A model generated the notes under the pieces. It was not told the DNA's origin, made no database searches, and worked only from the letters and a program-made list of their open reading frames with translations. Positions 10,425-22,640 of a stretch of 64,000 nt of DNA are shown in pieces. Origin of the DNA: Eledone cirrhosa (lineage: Eukaryota). Both the position numbers and the translations under genes were made by a program. How positions within the stretch are numbered: the first letter of the stretch is position 1; every line of letters begins with the position of its first letter. The stretch lies in assembly GCA_964016885.1 (NCBI GenBank), contig OZ024764.1, positions 22,940,001 through 23,004,000 of the forward strand, written 5' to 3'.

Positions 10425-13185
10425 GATGTGTGCAGCGTGCAAGAGGTGAGATGGAGAGGTGCCTCTGCGAGACTAGTCGTAGGCAAACATCTTAGCTATA
10501 AGCTTTTCTGGGTAGGTAAGGATGATGGGTTAGGGGGAGTAGGCATTTTCCTGGCTGAGAGATGGATCAATAAGACAATAGAGGTAGTTCGAGTTAGTAA
10601 TAGAATAAGCTTAGGTTAGTTGTAGGCAGGAGACTACTGACAATCATCTCTGCCTATGACAGAGGACGGAGACATCATTATGCTAGTAGGGGACTTCAAT
10701 GGTCATGTTGGACAGCTCCAGGATGGTTATACTGGGGTACATGGTGGGCACGGTTACGGCTCAAGAAATGAAGAAGGGGTGAGACTTCTTGAATTTTGTG
10801 ATGCAGGTACATTGACTATTTGCAACACAAACTTCCAGAAACCTGCCAATCACCTAATAACCTACAAATCGGGCGAGCACATAAGCCAGATTGACTTCTT
10901 ACTAGTTAGGCAGCGGGACAGGCAGATCGTGTCTAATACCATGGCATACCCTGGGGAAGAATGTACCCCACAGCATAGGTTAGTTGTTAGTGATATCTCA
11001 GTAAGCAAAAGATGGAATGAGACATACAGGAAGGTGTGGAGAAGAAAGGTCTGGAAGCTAAAAGAGCTTTAACTAAAATACAAATTTAGGAAAGCCCTTC
11101 AAGATGTATATGACGAAAAAGAAGACGATTTAGAGACGTATGACATAGATAACAACTGGAATTTCTTGCGTGACAACTTACTGCAGGCTACTGATGAAAC
11201 TTCTGGCTGGAACAGAGCTCCAACCAGACAGAGAGTGACCTGGTGGTGGAACAGCACAGTAGATAAGGCCATTAGAGACAAAAGGCTAGCATGGAAGGCT
11301 TGGAAAAAGGGTGGGAGTAGGGAAGAATATACAGCCACTAAGAGAGAAGCTAGACGTCAGGTGTACTTAGCACGCAGGGAGACTGAGAGTAGGAGGTTTG
11401 CCAATGTTCTGCGACGGGAAGATCAGGGTCAATGCAAATCAGGATGTTGTTGGAGATAAATGTGTCCGGGATGATGCTGGTGTACTTAGTGTCACGAATG
11501 ATCAGAAAGAGGAGGCCTGGAAATGTCATTATGAGAGACTGATGAATGTGGAGAACGAATGGGGGAGAGAGAAATTACCCTTAGTAGATCCGATAGAGGG
11601 ACCAGCTATTGAGATTGATGAATATAGGGTCCAAGAGGCGATTAAGGAAATGAAAAATGGTAAGGCTGCTGGACCATCGGGAATAGTTGCTGAGATGCTG
11701 AAGGCATCAGGGGACGTAGACACTAAACTGGTTGCACACATCATTAATCAGGCTATATATGGTGGTGTCATACCCAAAGACTGGTGCAGCAGTATTCTCA
11801 TAAATTGCTACAAAGGTAAAAGGGAGAGGAGCAATTATAGGGGTATAAAACTGATGGATCAGGTTATGAAAGTGGCAGAAAGGATATTAGCACAACTAAT
11901 TAGAGAAAGGGTCAAACTAGATGAGATGCAGTTTGGTTTTGTGCCTGGGAAGAGTACAACCGATGCCCTCTTCTTGGTGAGACAATTGCAAGAGAGGTTC
12001 TTAGAGAAAAATAAGCCACTCTACTTAGCCTTTATTGACCTAGAGAAGACCTTTGATAGGGTACCCCGATCTGTCATCTGGTGGTCCCTAAGGAAACTAG
12101 GTGTTGAGGAATGGCTTGTGAGGACAGTGCAAGCTATGTACAAGTAGGAGTACATCAACGTTCGGTCCTCAGCCCGCTCTTGTTCATTATAGTCCTCCAA
12201 GTCATAACAGAGGAGTTTAAGACTGGCTGCCCATGGGAACTTCTCTATGCTGACGATCTGGTTCTTATAGCAGAATCAGTAGAGGAGCTAGAGAATAAAT
12301 TCTGGCTTTGGAAACAGCAAGAGGACTGAGAGTGAACCTAGCTATGACAAAAGTGTTGATGAGTAGAAAAGAGGACAAAACTCTGATTCTATTAGGGAAA
12401 TGGCCATGTTCGATATGCAGAAAAGGAACTGGCATAAATTCTATAAAATGCACACAATGCAGATCCTGGGTACACGAGATGTAGCGGGATAGCAGGCAAA
12501 CTAACAGGTAGGGAGAAATACGTATGCAGTAGATGTACAGGGAAATTAGACAGTAGAAGTCGCATTGATAGACACAGTTTTCAAATGCAGGAAGGCGCTA
12601 TAGAAGTGGTGGATAGCTTCCAGTACCTAGGAGATCAGATTAGCATGGGAGGAGGGTGTTCCGAGGCCATAGTAACTAGAATAAGGACGGGTTGGAAGAC
12701 GTTTAGGGAGCTGCTTCCTCTGCTGACGAAGAAAGGCCGGTTGTATGATGCCTGTGTGAGCACCGCAATGCTGCATGGTAGTGAGACATGGGCAGCAACT
12801 TCAGAAATGAGACATCCGTTGGATGTGCAGTGTAAATGTGCGTGAACGTCCCAGCATGAATGTGTTGAGAGAGAAACTGTGTCTGAGATGGATAGAATGT
12901 AGTGTACGGGGGAGAAGACTGAGGTGGTATGGACATGTGATGCGCATGGAGGATGACCGATGGGTGAAGAAGTGCCAGGAAATGACAGTTGAAGGAAGAC
13001 GTGGTAGAGGTAGACCACGAAAAACACGGGCGGAGGTGGTTAGAACAGACCTCACATCGTTGAAGCCCACGGTGGAGATGACGAAGGACCGTGATGAGTG
13101 GAGAGATGCTGTGCTGAATAAGACCCGTCCCACCCTTGCGAGCAGGGAATAGCGGACGTAAAATGATGATGATGATGATGATGAT
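10425..13185 (+). mobile_element. RTE-clade LINE, slightly 5'-truncated, degenerate
   Basis: VQEVRW, GDFNGHVG, NYRGIKL, YADD, LRWYGHVMR fragments with stops and deletions; (GAT)n tail; same family as 60963-64000. Confidence 0.93.
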
Positions 13186-13186
13186 A

Positions 13187-14769
13187 CAGTGGTACCTTGA
13201 TTTACGAGTGTCCCAACTAATCGGCTGATTTTTTGCGTTGAGTTCCAGGGTAAAATTCGGGTTGCGAGTCAGCTTCAGATGCCCCGCCACTAGTTGGCAT
13301 AGCGACCGCCACAGGCAATACCATAACACCCGCCCAGTATCCCATGGCTTCGAAGAAAGTGAGGGCAAAGGACAGTTCTGAGAAGAAGAAGCAGATGATG
13401 TGTATTGAATTAAAGAAAGAAATTAGAGAAAAACATGACCAAGGTGTGTGTAGTGGACTTGGTGAAGCAGTACGAGTGATGAAACAGAACTTTTTTGGAA
13501 GAAGATGCCACGGAGGACTTATATAACGGCAGAGGAGAAGAGGTTGCCTGGCCACAAACCCATAAAGGATAGGCTAACCCTCGCACTGTGCCAATGTGAG
13601 CGGTGACTGTAAGATTAAGTTGCCGCTCGTTTATCATTCAGACAATTCCAGAGTCTGAAAGAAAAATTGCAGGTTATGTGGAGGGCAAACCCGAGGACAT
13701 GGGTCACAAGGCAGTTCTTTGTGGAGTGGGTGAATTTGGTCTTTGGTCCTGACGTTAAAAAATATCTCCAGGAAAATAACCTACCCCTGCAAACCTTCTT
13801 GTTTTGGACAATACACCTGCTCACCCACCTAACCTCGAAGAGTTCAAGTTTATAAAGGTCCTCTACCTTCCACCAAACACCACCCCTAACCTACAGACCA
13901 AGGACCAGCAGGTACTTTCTAATTTCAAGAAGCTCTTCACCAAGCACCTGTTCAGTCGCTGCTTTGAAGTGACGGAGAGCACAAACTTCACCCTTGAGAG
14001 GTCTGGAAGGACCATTGTAACATCGTGATATGCCTCAGAATTATCGATATGAACTGGCAGGGTCTTACAAAGAGGACCTTGACCTCTACATGGAAGAAGC
14101 TGTGGCCTGAAGTTGTGTTTAAAACAGACTTTGAAAGACTGGAACCCGAAGCGGTAGTGGTGGAGGAGATTGTACCCCTCGGTAAGTCCATGGGCCTGGA
14201 CATGGATGAAGGTGACATCAACGAGCTCATCGAGGAGCACTCCGAGGAGATGACAACGAAGGAATTAAAGGAGCTACAGACACAGCAACACACGGAGTTT
14301 TTGCAGGAAATAAGTGACACAGAGGAGGTTATCTCAACAAGTGAGATGAAACAAACCTTATTAGACAGGTTTTTATTGAAAATCCCTGCAGATAAAAGTG
14401 AGGAAAGCGTGGCGAAAAGGGCAAAAATCAGCGAATAAGATTCAGTTATTCAGTTCATCCTTTCTCCTCCGTCAACATCCTCAAGTCGTCTGATCTCCAA
14501 GATAGATGCTGTACATTATACTTAATAAAACCAGTTTATTGTAGTACATTCTATTGTATTGTTTTTTATATACAATATTTGTCTTTTATAAGTACATTTT
14601 TCTTATTTAAAAACACGTAACAAAACAAACTGTGGTTTTGGTGGGGTCTGGAAACGGATTAACGGCATTTTAATTTATTTCAGTGGGGAAAATTGATTTG
14701 ACATACGAGTAATTTATGTTACGAGGTCCTCCACGGAACAAATGAAACTCATAAGTCAAGGTACCACAG
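13187..14769 (+). mobile_element. Tigger/pogo DNA transposon, internally deleted
   Basis: TA|CAGTGGTACCTTGA...TCAAGGTACCACAG TIRs; transposase fragments (LPPNTT); deletion at ~13477 relative to the copy at 35470. Confidence 0.9.
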
Positions 14770-14794
14770 TGTGTGTGTATATATATATATATGA

Positions 14795-14965
14795 AGGAAC
14801 GATCGACTTTCGTCAAATCGGACCGAGGAAGCAATGTTTCCATTGGTCTTTCCAATTGCTAGTACTATCGGTCGCAATTCCAGGTAGAAGGAACAACGTG
14901 AAATAAAGTGTCTTGCTCAAGGTCATAACGCATCGCCTGGTCCAGGAATCGAACTCACAACCTCA
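14795..14965 (-). mobile_element. tRNA-derived SINE fragment (paralog ~37560-37730)
   Basis: Minus strand has B-box-like GAGTTCGATTCC followed by CCTTGAGCAAGACAC. Confidence 0.55.
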
Positions 14966-16367
14966 AGATATATATATATATATAAATGAAGAATATAGAA
15001 ATTATTGTAGCAAAAAGCCAACAGTATTCCATTTCATTTGAGTTTGAGTCCATGCTCAGGCCAAGTCGAAGACTCCACCCATTATATATATATATATAGT
15101 ATAAAAGAGAAAACACAGGTAAGCATTAAGAGAAGGATTTTATCCAGGTATTTACGACCGTTTCATTGGTAAGTGCAACCTTATATTTCTATCCTGCAAA
15201 TAGCAGCCACTCAATTATAATTGTTGTTCACAGTCCAAATTTTCAAAATAATAAGTTTCTCTTGAAATAATTCTTAATATATAGAGAAAAACATTTATTT
15301 GGAATTGTATTTACTAGTATAGAGAGAGAGGAATCAGAAGGTGAGGGGACAGACGGAATAGTATAGAGAGAGAGGAAGGGGGAAGAGGTAGGAAGTAGAG
15401 TGACAAATGGAGGGAGGGGTAGAGGTGGCAGGATTCTTTGGTCAGTTTTGATAGCAGACTTCATGTCGTGGAATGTAGTGAGTTAAAGAGAATTAAATTA
15501 ATCATTTTTGGAGGGATGGATATATATATATATAGTTAAATATTAGACAGGAACAAAAAACAGAGGCAGTGCAAATGGTAGTTTATACCGAGAGAGAGAC
15601 AGACAAACACATCTATACCCCTACTACAGTAAAACATAAAACATATGTAAGGGGAGACAACTCTCGTTACATCCACCCTTCTTTTTGATATACGTCCTTT
15701 ACATACTTTGTTCAATGGAATCTGCTTTATTTTGTGTCCTAAGTAGATTTCTGTTTAAGTATTTACGAGATTCACAATGATTCACGTAACCAAGTTACTT
15801 ACATAAAGATATATTTCACATAGAATCACAACAAATGAAAATATTAAGTCAACTCTCTGTCAATCAGTCTCACATCACATGGGGTGCCGGAGTCTCCTTC
15901 TAATACTTTCTGAGACAGTCTTACCTCGAGTGATAGCAAGGCTAAGATGTTGGAACTACCAAACACCCTCTTATGTATCACCTGACACCTCGGTAAGGAG
16001 AGCTGCCAACGATAACAAGAACCTCGTTGTCAGGGACCTATCTCCTCCAAACTTCACCAACACCACAGACTAGAATATTCTACTCTTTATTCCCTATCAA
16101 ATATATTTCAGTCTAGTCATTTGTCTTGTATCTTGTATATATATTTTCAAAACTAACTGTCACATTTGTGAGACCCCAGTTAGTGATGTTTTCGTCTCCC
16201 TCCCACATCCTACATGCTGTAGTAAAAGTGAGGGTCACTGCTTCTGTAGACGAACGAAATAAAAGCTAAACTACCAGTAATTATCGGCAAAGTATTTATT
16301 CCAGTCTGTGATGTTTGAGAAGCTGGGCTGCTGACAACGAAGTTGTTGTCACTGTTGGCGGCTGGCT

Positions 16368-16552
16368 TTACCGAAGTACCCGATGACTCTTGTGAGGGTA
16401 CTTAGCTGTTCTGGCGGTTTAGCCTCCACATGACCCGATCTTACCGAAGTACCCGGTGATCTCTGTCAGCGTACTTAGCTGTTCTGGCGGTTTAGCCCCC
16501 CATATGACCCTATCTTACCGACATACCCGGGGATCTCTGTCAGGGTACTCGA
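16368..16552. repeat. ~73-bp GC-richer tandem repeat upstream of the promoter (paralogs ~38582-38765, ~57141-57397)
   Basis: TTACCGA..TACCCGGTGATCTCTGTCAGGGTACT recurs; ~2.6, ~2.6 and ~3.6 copies. Confidence 0.85.
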
Positions 16553-16899
16553 TTGATCCAGCTCCCTACTATTTCTACCAACAGGTTATATAGAGGTATC
16601 AAGTGATACTCTTTTCAAGTCAAGACCTCCTCTGCTCTCCTTTGTCTTCCAACTGCCCTGTTATTCTACAGACTCACGAAAGTGGACACCATCTGAAGGA
16701 GAGAGTGGTTGGTGTAGTGGTCATCGCTGGCTATTGTCCGAGTGACACAGGTAAAATACACTACCTAGACTGAGGTGAAACGTCTACCGTCCATTCTTCC
16801 CCACCAACACCTTACTTTCTCTATTTTAATTACATTTACTGTTTTCAACTTCATTTTTTTTATTACAAACTTTACATAATTTAATTCGGTAAAAATATT

Positions 16900-17033
16900 T
16901 TTACGTCACGAAAAAACATTGAAGCATGCGCAGTGGTGCAGTTGTCGACTTCCTGTCCACGTGTTAGTCTTCCTACAACAACATTTAGACAACATTTCTG
17001 TAAATACTAAACACCTGAGAGTATAATGTAAGT
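16900..17033 (+). promoter_or_regulatory. Putative promoter and non-coding exon 1 of ZNF2
   Basis: TTACGTCA (CRE-like), GCATGCGCA (NRF1-like, 16924), ACTTCCTG (ETS, 16948), CACGTG (E-box, 16958), donor GTAAGT at 17028; conserved in three copies. Confidence 0.65.
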
Positions 17034-18224
17034 ATTATGTCTATTAATATTGTAGATTTAAGCTCACTTTTCACATTACAAATATATATTTTCTTGTTTG
17101 TTTCATTACTGGAAATATAAAATGTTATCGTAATTATCTATATTTTACCTACCTCTAATTAATTAAAGTGAAAACTTTTGTTGTTGCTGAAAAATAATTT
17201 AACAAAACTAAATATTTAAATATTCTAAAGGTCGTTTTTATATTATGTGATGATATAATTAATATATTTTATTACAATTGTATAAATTTACAGTAGAATA
17301 ACATTGTAAATATGTTTTAAATATATACATAAATAACATAAGTGTGTAAATAACATTATAACTTGCTGGCAATTCCTTGAGAAAGACATTACAAATATAT
17401 TGTCTAAACTGTGTATAATAATATAATTTACTGAACAATAATGATAAAGGAAAGAAAAACACAGTGGGAGATGGCAATTGACCACCAAACGAGGTAAACA
17501 TTTTCAACTTTCCCCTTTTTTTGCTTTGTCCGAGACAACTCAAAATATTCTTCAAGGAACTGGATTTTCCATTCGGTTGGATCGAACGGATTTTACCATT
17601 TATAATCTACGGAGAGGAATAACAGATGTTCGGAGGAAAAAAGAATTGTTTGTGGCAACAACGTAGGGAACCAACCTGGAGCAATTGTATCACACAATTA
17701 TACTTTCCTCCTTAACATACACTTACAATTTTTCAAAATCAAACCCCCCAAATATAAAATATAAATAATTATAAATGGCGAGGATCCATCCCATCTCCCT
17801 CTTGAAATAACCTGAATCTATTTATAGTCAGGTGTGACTGAAAGGTCAATCCATACTTTCATTCTATTTCACAGAATTAGAAGCTTTGACCACTTGATAG
17901 AATTCAGGTCCAGTAATGTAATCACTCCGTAATTGTAAACATCTTGTATCACTATCATTCAGGTTTTGATTTTACTTAAGTCTTGCCCATGTTTTTTTTT
18001 TTTTTCTTTTTTACACAAACTCACAATTTCGGTTTTTACTGCGGATTTACCCATGCGAACTATTACACAAACTCACAGCCTTAGATTTTGTATTTCTAGC
18101 GTTTTTATTTTCCTTCTCTTTGCATGTTCAGTGCTCTTTCTCTCCCACTGTATTTATCTCCCTCTCACATGACCACACTCCTCTCCACGCACTCATCATC
18201 TTCTCACTCCTTCTACACCTTCCA

Positions 18225-21110
18225 ACGCTGGCCCTCTACTGCCGGCTGTTGCCAGCCCGCCACCTGATTGCGCCCTCTGTGCCCGCACTAACCAGTACTT
18301 AAAGACAATTAAGTCACCTATGCCACGCAAGCTACCACAGAAGCTGTGTCGGCATCACCAAAGCTCAAGCTAAAAGGCTTCAACACTGGACCTGTCATCG
18401 GTGCCACTTCAGCTCCGACTATTCCGTGGGGATGACCAACACTCTTCCGACGACTTTCCACAGCCCCCCAGGGCTTCTCCAAATCAAAGCTCGTTAACCG
18501 GACCCTTAAGGGAGCTCGGAACAGCTTTGCAGGTGCCCTCTCTAATTTACTGAAAAACGTTTGCTCATCCAACAATAGACTGGCAGAAATTGTTTTTGTT
18601 TCCCCTCATCTCTCTTCACGTGCACAATGCGAACTCGGGTTCCCTCAAGTCCTCTCTCAAGCGGCAGTTCCAGCTGTTTGAGTCCACCCCAACCACGTCT
18701 CATCTCAGGTCGTCTCCGAGCTCGGTGTCCACCAACAGACAACCGGTAGGCCTCAAGCGAGCCGTCAATGCCAATTCAGCGAATTTGACATTAAAGGGGC
18801 TGTCCTCCCTTGCTCCATGCAACTCTGACTCTCGTGAGCGTCTGAAGGAGAAGCACCCCCAGATGATCAGCAACACTGGCCCGAACCACCAGAATACTTG
18901 AGACCGGTTTACACCACCAATTTCATCAGAAAGGCAATTTCATCCTTCCCCGCTGGGTCAGGCGCGGGAATTGACGTCCTTCGTCCTCAACACCTCAAGG
19001 ATGGTATCTCCTTATCGGCCGGTGATGCCGGACTCGAGCTCTTGGAGAGTCTGACTCAGTTTGTGAATCAGTGAACGTTCTCCCGTTCATCCGCCCACTG
19101 TTCTTCGGTGCGAAGCTATTTGGTCTCACCAAGCCCAACAGGGACCTGCGCCGCATTGCGGTTGGCTGCACACCTCACTGCAAAGGCGTGATTGCTGTTG
19201 GTCTCCAACCCACTGGCGGAGGAATTTTCCCCCATCCAGCTGTGGGTGGGTACCAGGTTGGGATGTGTGACTGCTGTCCACGCTGCCAGAGCATTTGCCA
19301 ACTTGCCCTCCTCATCCCCCAAGGTCATCCTCAAACTTGACCTCAGGAATGCCTTCAACTCCGTCAGCCGTAACATCGTCCTCGGCTCAGCAAGAGAGAG
19401 GGTCCCACAACTCTACCACTTTGCTTGGCAGGCTTATCGGGAGCCCTCCTACCTCTCTTTCAGTGACCAGATCATCACCTCTGCCTCAGGAGTCCAACAG
19501 GGTGACCCAGTCGGGACCCCCCCCCCCTCACTGGACATTGATGACGTCACCAAGATGAGGGCTGAGTTGGACCTCAATGTCTGGTAGCTCGACGACGCCT
19601 GTTTGGGGGGAACTCCGGATATGGTTCTCGCCACTGCCAACAGGATGGTGGAGGAGCTTGGCGCCGGGGTCTCCAGATCAATAGCTCCAAATGTGAGCTC
19701 TGGATCCTCAACCACCCGGCTTCTTAACACCAACAGCTGATCGACCTGTTCGCAGAGTCCTTCCCTTCCATCACGGTCCCTCCCCCGTCGGCTTGGTGCT
19801 CCTTGGGAGCCCCGATCACAGACCTGGCCTTCGAGTCAACCATCCAATCGAAGATGGTTGGCCTTGAGCAGCTGCTGAGGAATATTGAAGATATCGAACG
19901 CCATCAAGGTTTCTTCTTACTCAGGAACTACCTGTCTATTCCTAAGCTTCTGTATCTGCTCAGGGTCAGCCCCTCTCACAGATTTCCATCCTGCCTCCAA
20001 CGCTTCGACGACCTAATCTTCGAGAGACTCGAGTGTCTGGTCAATGTTAGTAAGTGTTCGTCCCTCTCTCCGCCCTGCTTCCTTTCCTCCACCCAAGCTT
20101 GCAGCATCCTCTCCTCTCCAACATGGACTAGTTCAAACAGGGAGTTGTGTGAAGCTCTCCAGCAATGGAGTGAGTTGGGCTTGTCTCTTCCTGAGAAGGT
20201 GGAGGACAGTCGAAGTCAGAGAACTTGGGACAGGATACGTTGGAATGCCACCTTCGACTCCCTCTTCGTCCTCTCAGATCAGTTTACAAGGTGCCGCTTA
20301 CCATCTGCCAGCGCCAAATACTCCGGTGACTGGGTCGATGCCTTACCCGTGGCCAACGTTGGAGGCCTACTCAGCCTGGATGAACTTCGTGTCTCCATCA
20401 CCCTCAGAGTGGGAGCTGACGTCTGCATGGGTTTGAGATGTGGCTAACTCCTCGACTCCACAGGCCCCCACGGTCTTTCTTGCCGCCTGAATGCCGGCCA
20501 CTTCGCCCGTCACACGGAGCTAAACTTTATTCTGAAGAGAGCTTTGGCCCGGGCAAACATCCCCTCAGTCTTGGAACCATCTGGGTTGTCCAGAAGTGAC
20601 GCAAAAGACCTGACGGCCTTACCCTGTGCCCCTGGTCGAGAGGCAGGTGCTTAATCTGGGACGTCACTGTTAGTGACTCCTTTGCTCTTTCCCACATCCT
20701 TGATGCTGCGGTAAGGACGAGAGCCACAGCTTCGGCAGCCGAGCGGAGTAAGACCCTCAAATACTCTGATCTGTCGGCCAGCTACATTTTTCAGCCTGTG
20801 GCTTTCGAGACGTTTGGGGGAGTCGGGCCGCTGACTGCGAGGTTCCTTTCCTCACTGACGGCTCGCCTTATAGAGGTAACTGGCGAAATCGCGAGGGCGC
20901 TTGGCTGTTCCAGCACCTCAGCCTCGCCATCACCCGATGTAACACTGCCAGTGTGCTGGCTTGCCTCAAAACTCATTAGAGAGGTTTCCCAGTACCCCTC
21001 GTTGCTGTCTTTAGCTCTGGTGTTGGCTCCGTTGTCCACCCCTTCCTTTACATTTTCTTTAATATTGCAACATTGAAGGAATTTATCTTTCATTGTATCA
21101 TCCTTTATAG
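18225..21110 (+). mobile_element. RLE-type non-LTR retrotransposon (CRE-like), degenerate
   Basis: FFGAKL..LRRIAVG, KLDLRNAFNSV, GVQQGDP, W*LDD; C-terminal Cys/His motif, RH, and RPDG..PW..WDVTV restriction-like endonuclease motif. Confidence 0.8.
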
Positions 21111-21401
21111 TGTTACCGAGGCATTTGTAATGTTATTTATATATTTAAAACATATTTGTTAGGTTATTCTACTGTAAATTTATTTATATGCTCTGTTTAT
21201 GTTTTCATTCTGAAGGAACATATCCACTTGTGTTGATATAAGTGATGCTATGACTTTCCTCTAAGCATTGTGTCATTATATATGTTATTATAAACGTGAA
21301 TAAATTGAATTTATAGTGTGATAATAGGCCACACCTCACACCCTAGGGGTTAACTACACACTTTGAGGCAAGCCAACACACTGGCAGCATTACAACGTGT
21401 G

Positions 21402-21565
21402 ATGGTGAGGCTAAGGTGCTGAAATAACCAGGTACCCTCACGGGTATCACCTTACGCCTCTGTAAGGTGAGGCTAAGGTGCTGAGATAACCAGGTACTCT
21501 TACGGATATCACCTGACACCTCAGTATGGTGAGGCTACGGTGCTGAAATAACCAGGTACCCTCAC
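21402..21565. repeat. 60-bp tandem repeat (~3 copies; paralogs ~46190-46291, ~58424-58514)
   Basis: GGTGAGGCTAAGGTGCTGAAATAACCAGGTACCCTCACG recurs at 60-bp spacing. Confidence 0.85.
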
Positions 21566-21925
21566 GGAAACGACTAGATTTGTAGAAAAAGTAGGGTGAA
21601 AGTATACAAAGAGATGTAGTTTCACAGATCTACTCACACCTCACGTTGGGTGGGAATAATTATTTTTCTTAGAATTCTTGCTATACCCCTTTTCCAGTAT
21701 TTTTTCTCTGGACCCCTTAGATACTTGCGATAGACGTTTTATTTCCCAGTATTAGGGTTAGGGTTTCCGTTTTCAGGAAGAAAAGTCGATTGCAAACATC
21801 TAAGAGGTCGAGCAATGAAATTAAGGAAAGATAATTATTTCCCAGCCAACTGGAGAAGTGTGTAGCTCTTCTTAACTCTGATAATCCTGTCTCCCACTTC
21901 TTTATCTACAAATCTAGTCGTTTCC
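21566..21925. mobile_element. Foldback/MITE-like 360-bp imperfect palindrome (paralog 46293-46650; partial ~58517-58743)
   Basis: GGAAACGACTAGATTTGTAGA...TCTACAAATCTAGTCGTTTCC termini, nested inverted arms, TTAGGGTTAGGG at the centre. Confidence 0.8.
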
Positions 21926-22084
21926 TGCTACTTTGTTCCCTGGGGTATGCCTTAGTATTTGACACCATCTATCTGTCTTACTCCCTAACTAGCAAGAAGT
22001 CAATCTGTCTAATGTGTTCACCTGATTGGTAGGTTATTAGGTGGTTGGTAGGTTTCTTGAAGTGTTGCAAATGGTTAGTTCACT

Positions 22085-22570
22085 TGCATCACAAAATACA
22101 AGAAGCCTCACTCCTTCATCGTTTCTTGAGCCATAACCATGACCACCATGTACCCCAGTATATCCATCCTGGAACTGTCCAACATGACCATTGAAGTCCC
22201 CTGCTATTATAACTAGGTCTCTGTCATTGTGGTTATCTCTACTTATTCCTTTTCTACATATGGAGCAGGGCCACTTTCCTGAAGGTGTCAGGGTCTTCTC
22301 TCCTATCCATTACCACTTTAGTTTTGGCTAAGTATATTCTCAGAACCTACCATTTCAAATTCTATATCTATAGTTGGTCATCTACATAGAGAAGTTTCCA
22401 TAGACAGCCAGTCTTAAACCTCTCTGTTATGGTTTGGAGAACTATGATGAACAACAGTGGGCTAAGAACTAAACCATGATGAACTCCTACCTGTACCTTC
22501 AATTCTTCACTAGACACACTTTACTGACAGCTTCTCACAAGCCATTCTTCTACACCTAATTTCCTTAACC
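22085..22570 (-). mobile_element. Old RTE LINE fragments
   Basis: 22090-22205 is a diverged reverse complement of ~61395-61510; 22440-22565 matches the RT region. Confidence 0.7.
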
Positions 22571-22640
22571 CTTTAGTATATAAACTGGCCATATCTGGCC
22601 AGAATTCTCCCACATCTTTCTGTTCAAACTGGCCGTAATT

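Noticed and set aside
15100-15520. Possible Penelope 3' fragment with a hammerhead half (minus-strand GAAACGGTCGTA)
   Set aside because: No CTGANGA core or stem II found upstream, and protein similarity is too weak to call
15879-16073. 64-aa ORF conserved in three units (also 38094 and 56653)
   Set aside because: Conservation is explained by recent duplication; it overlaps a repeat family and has no domain
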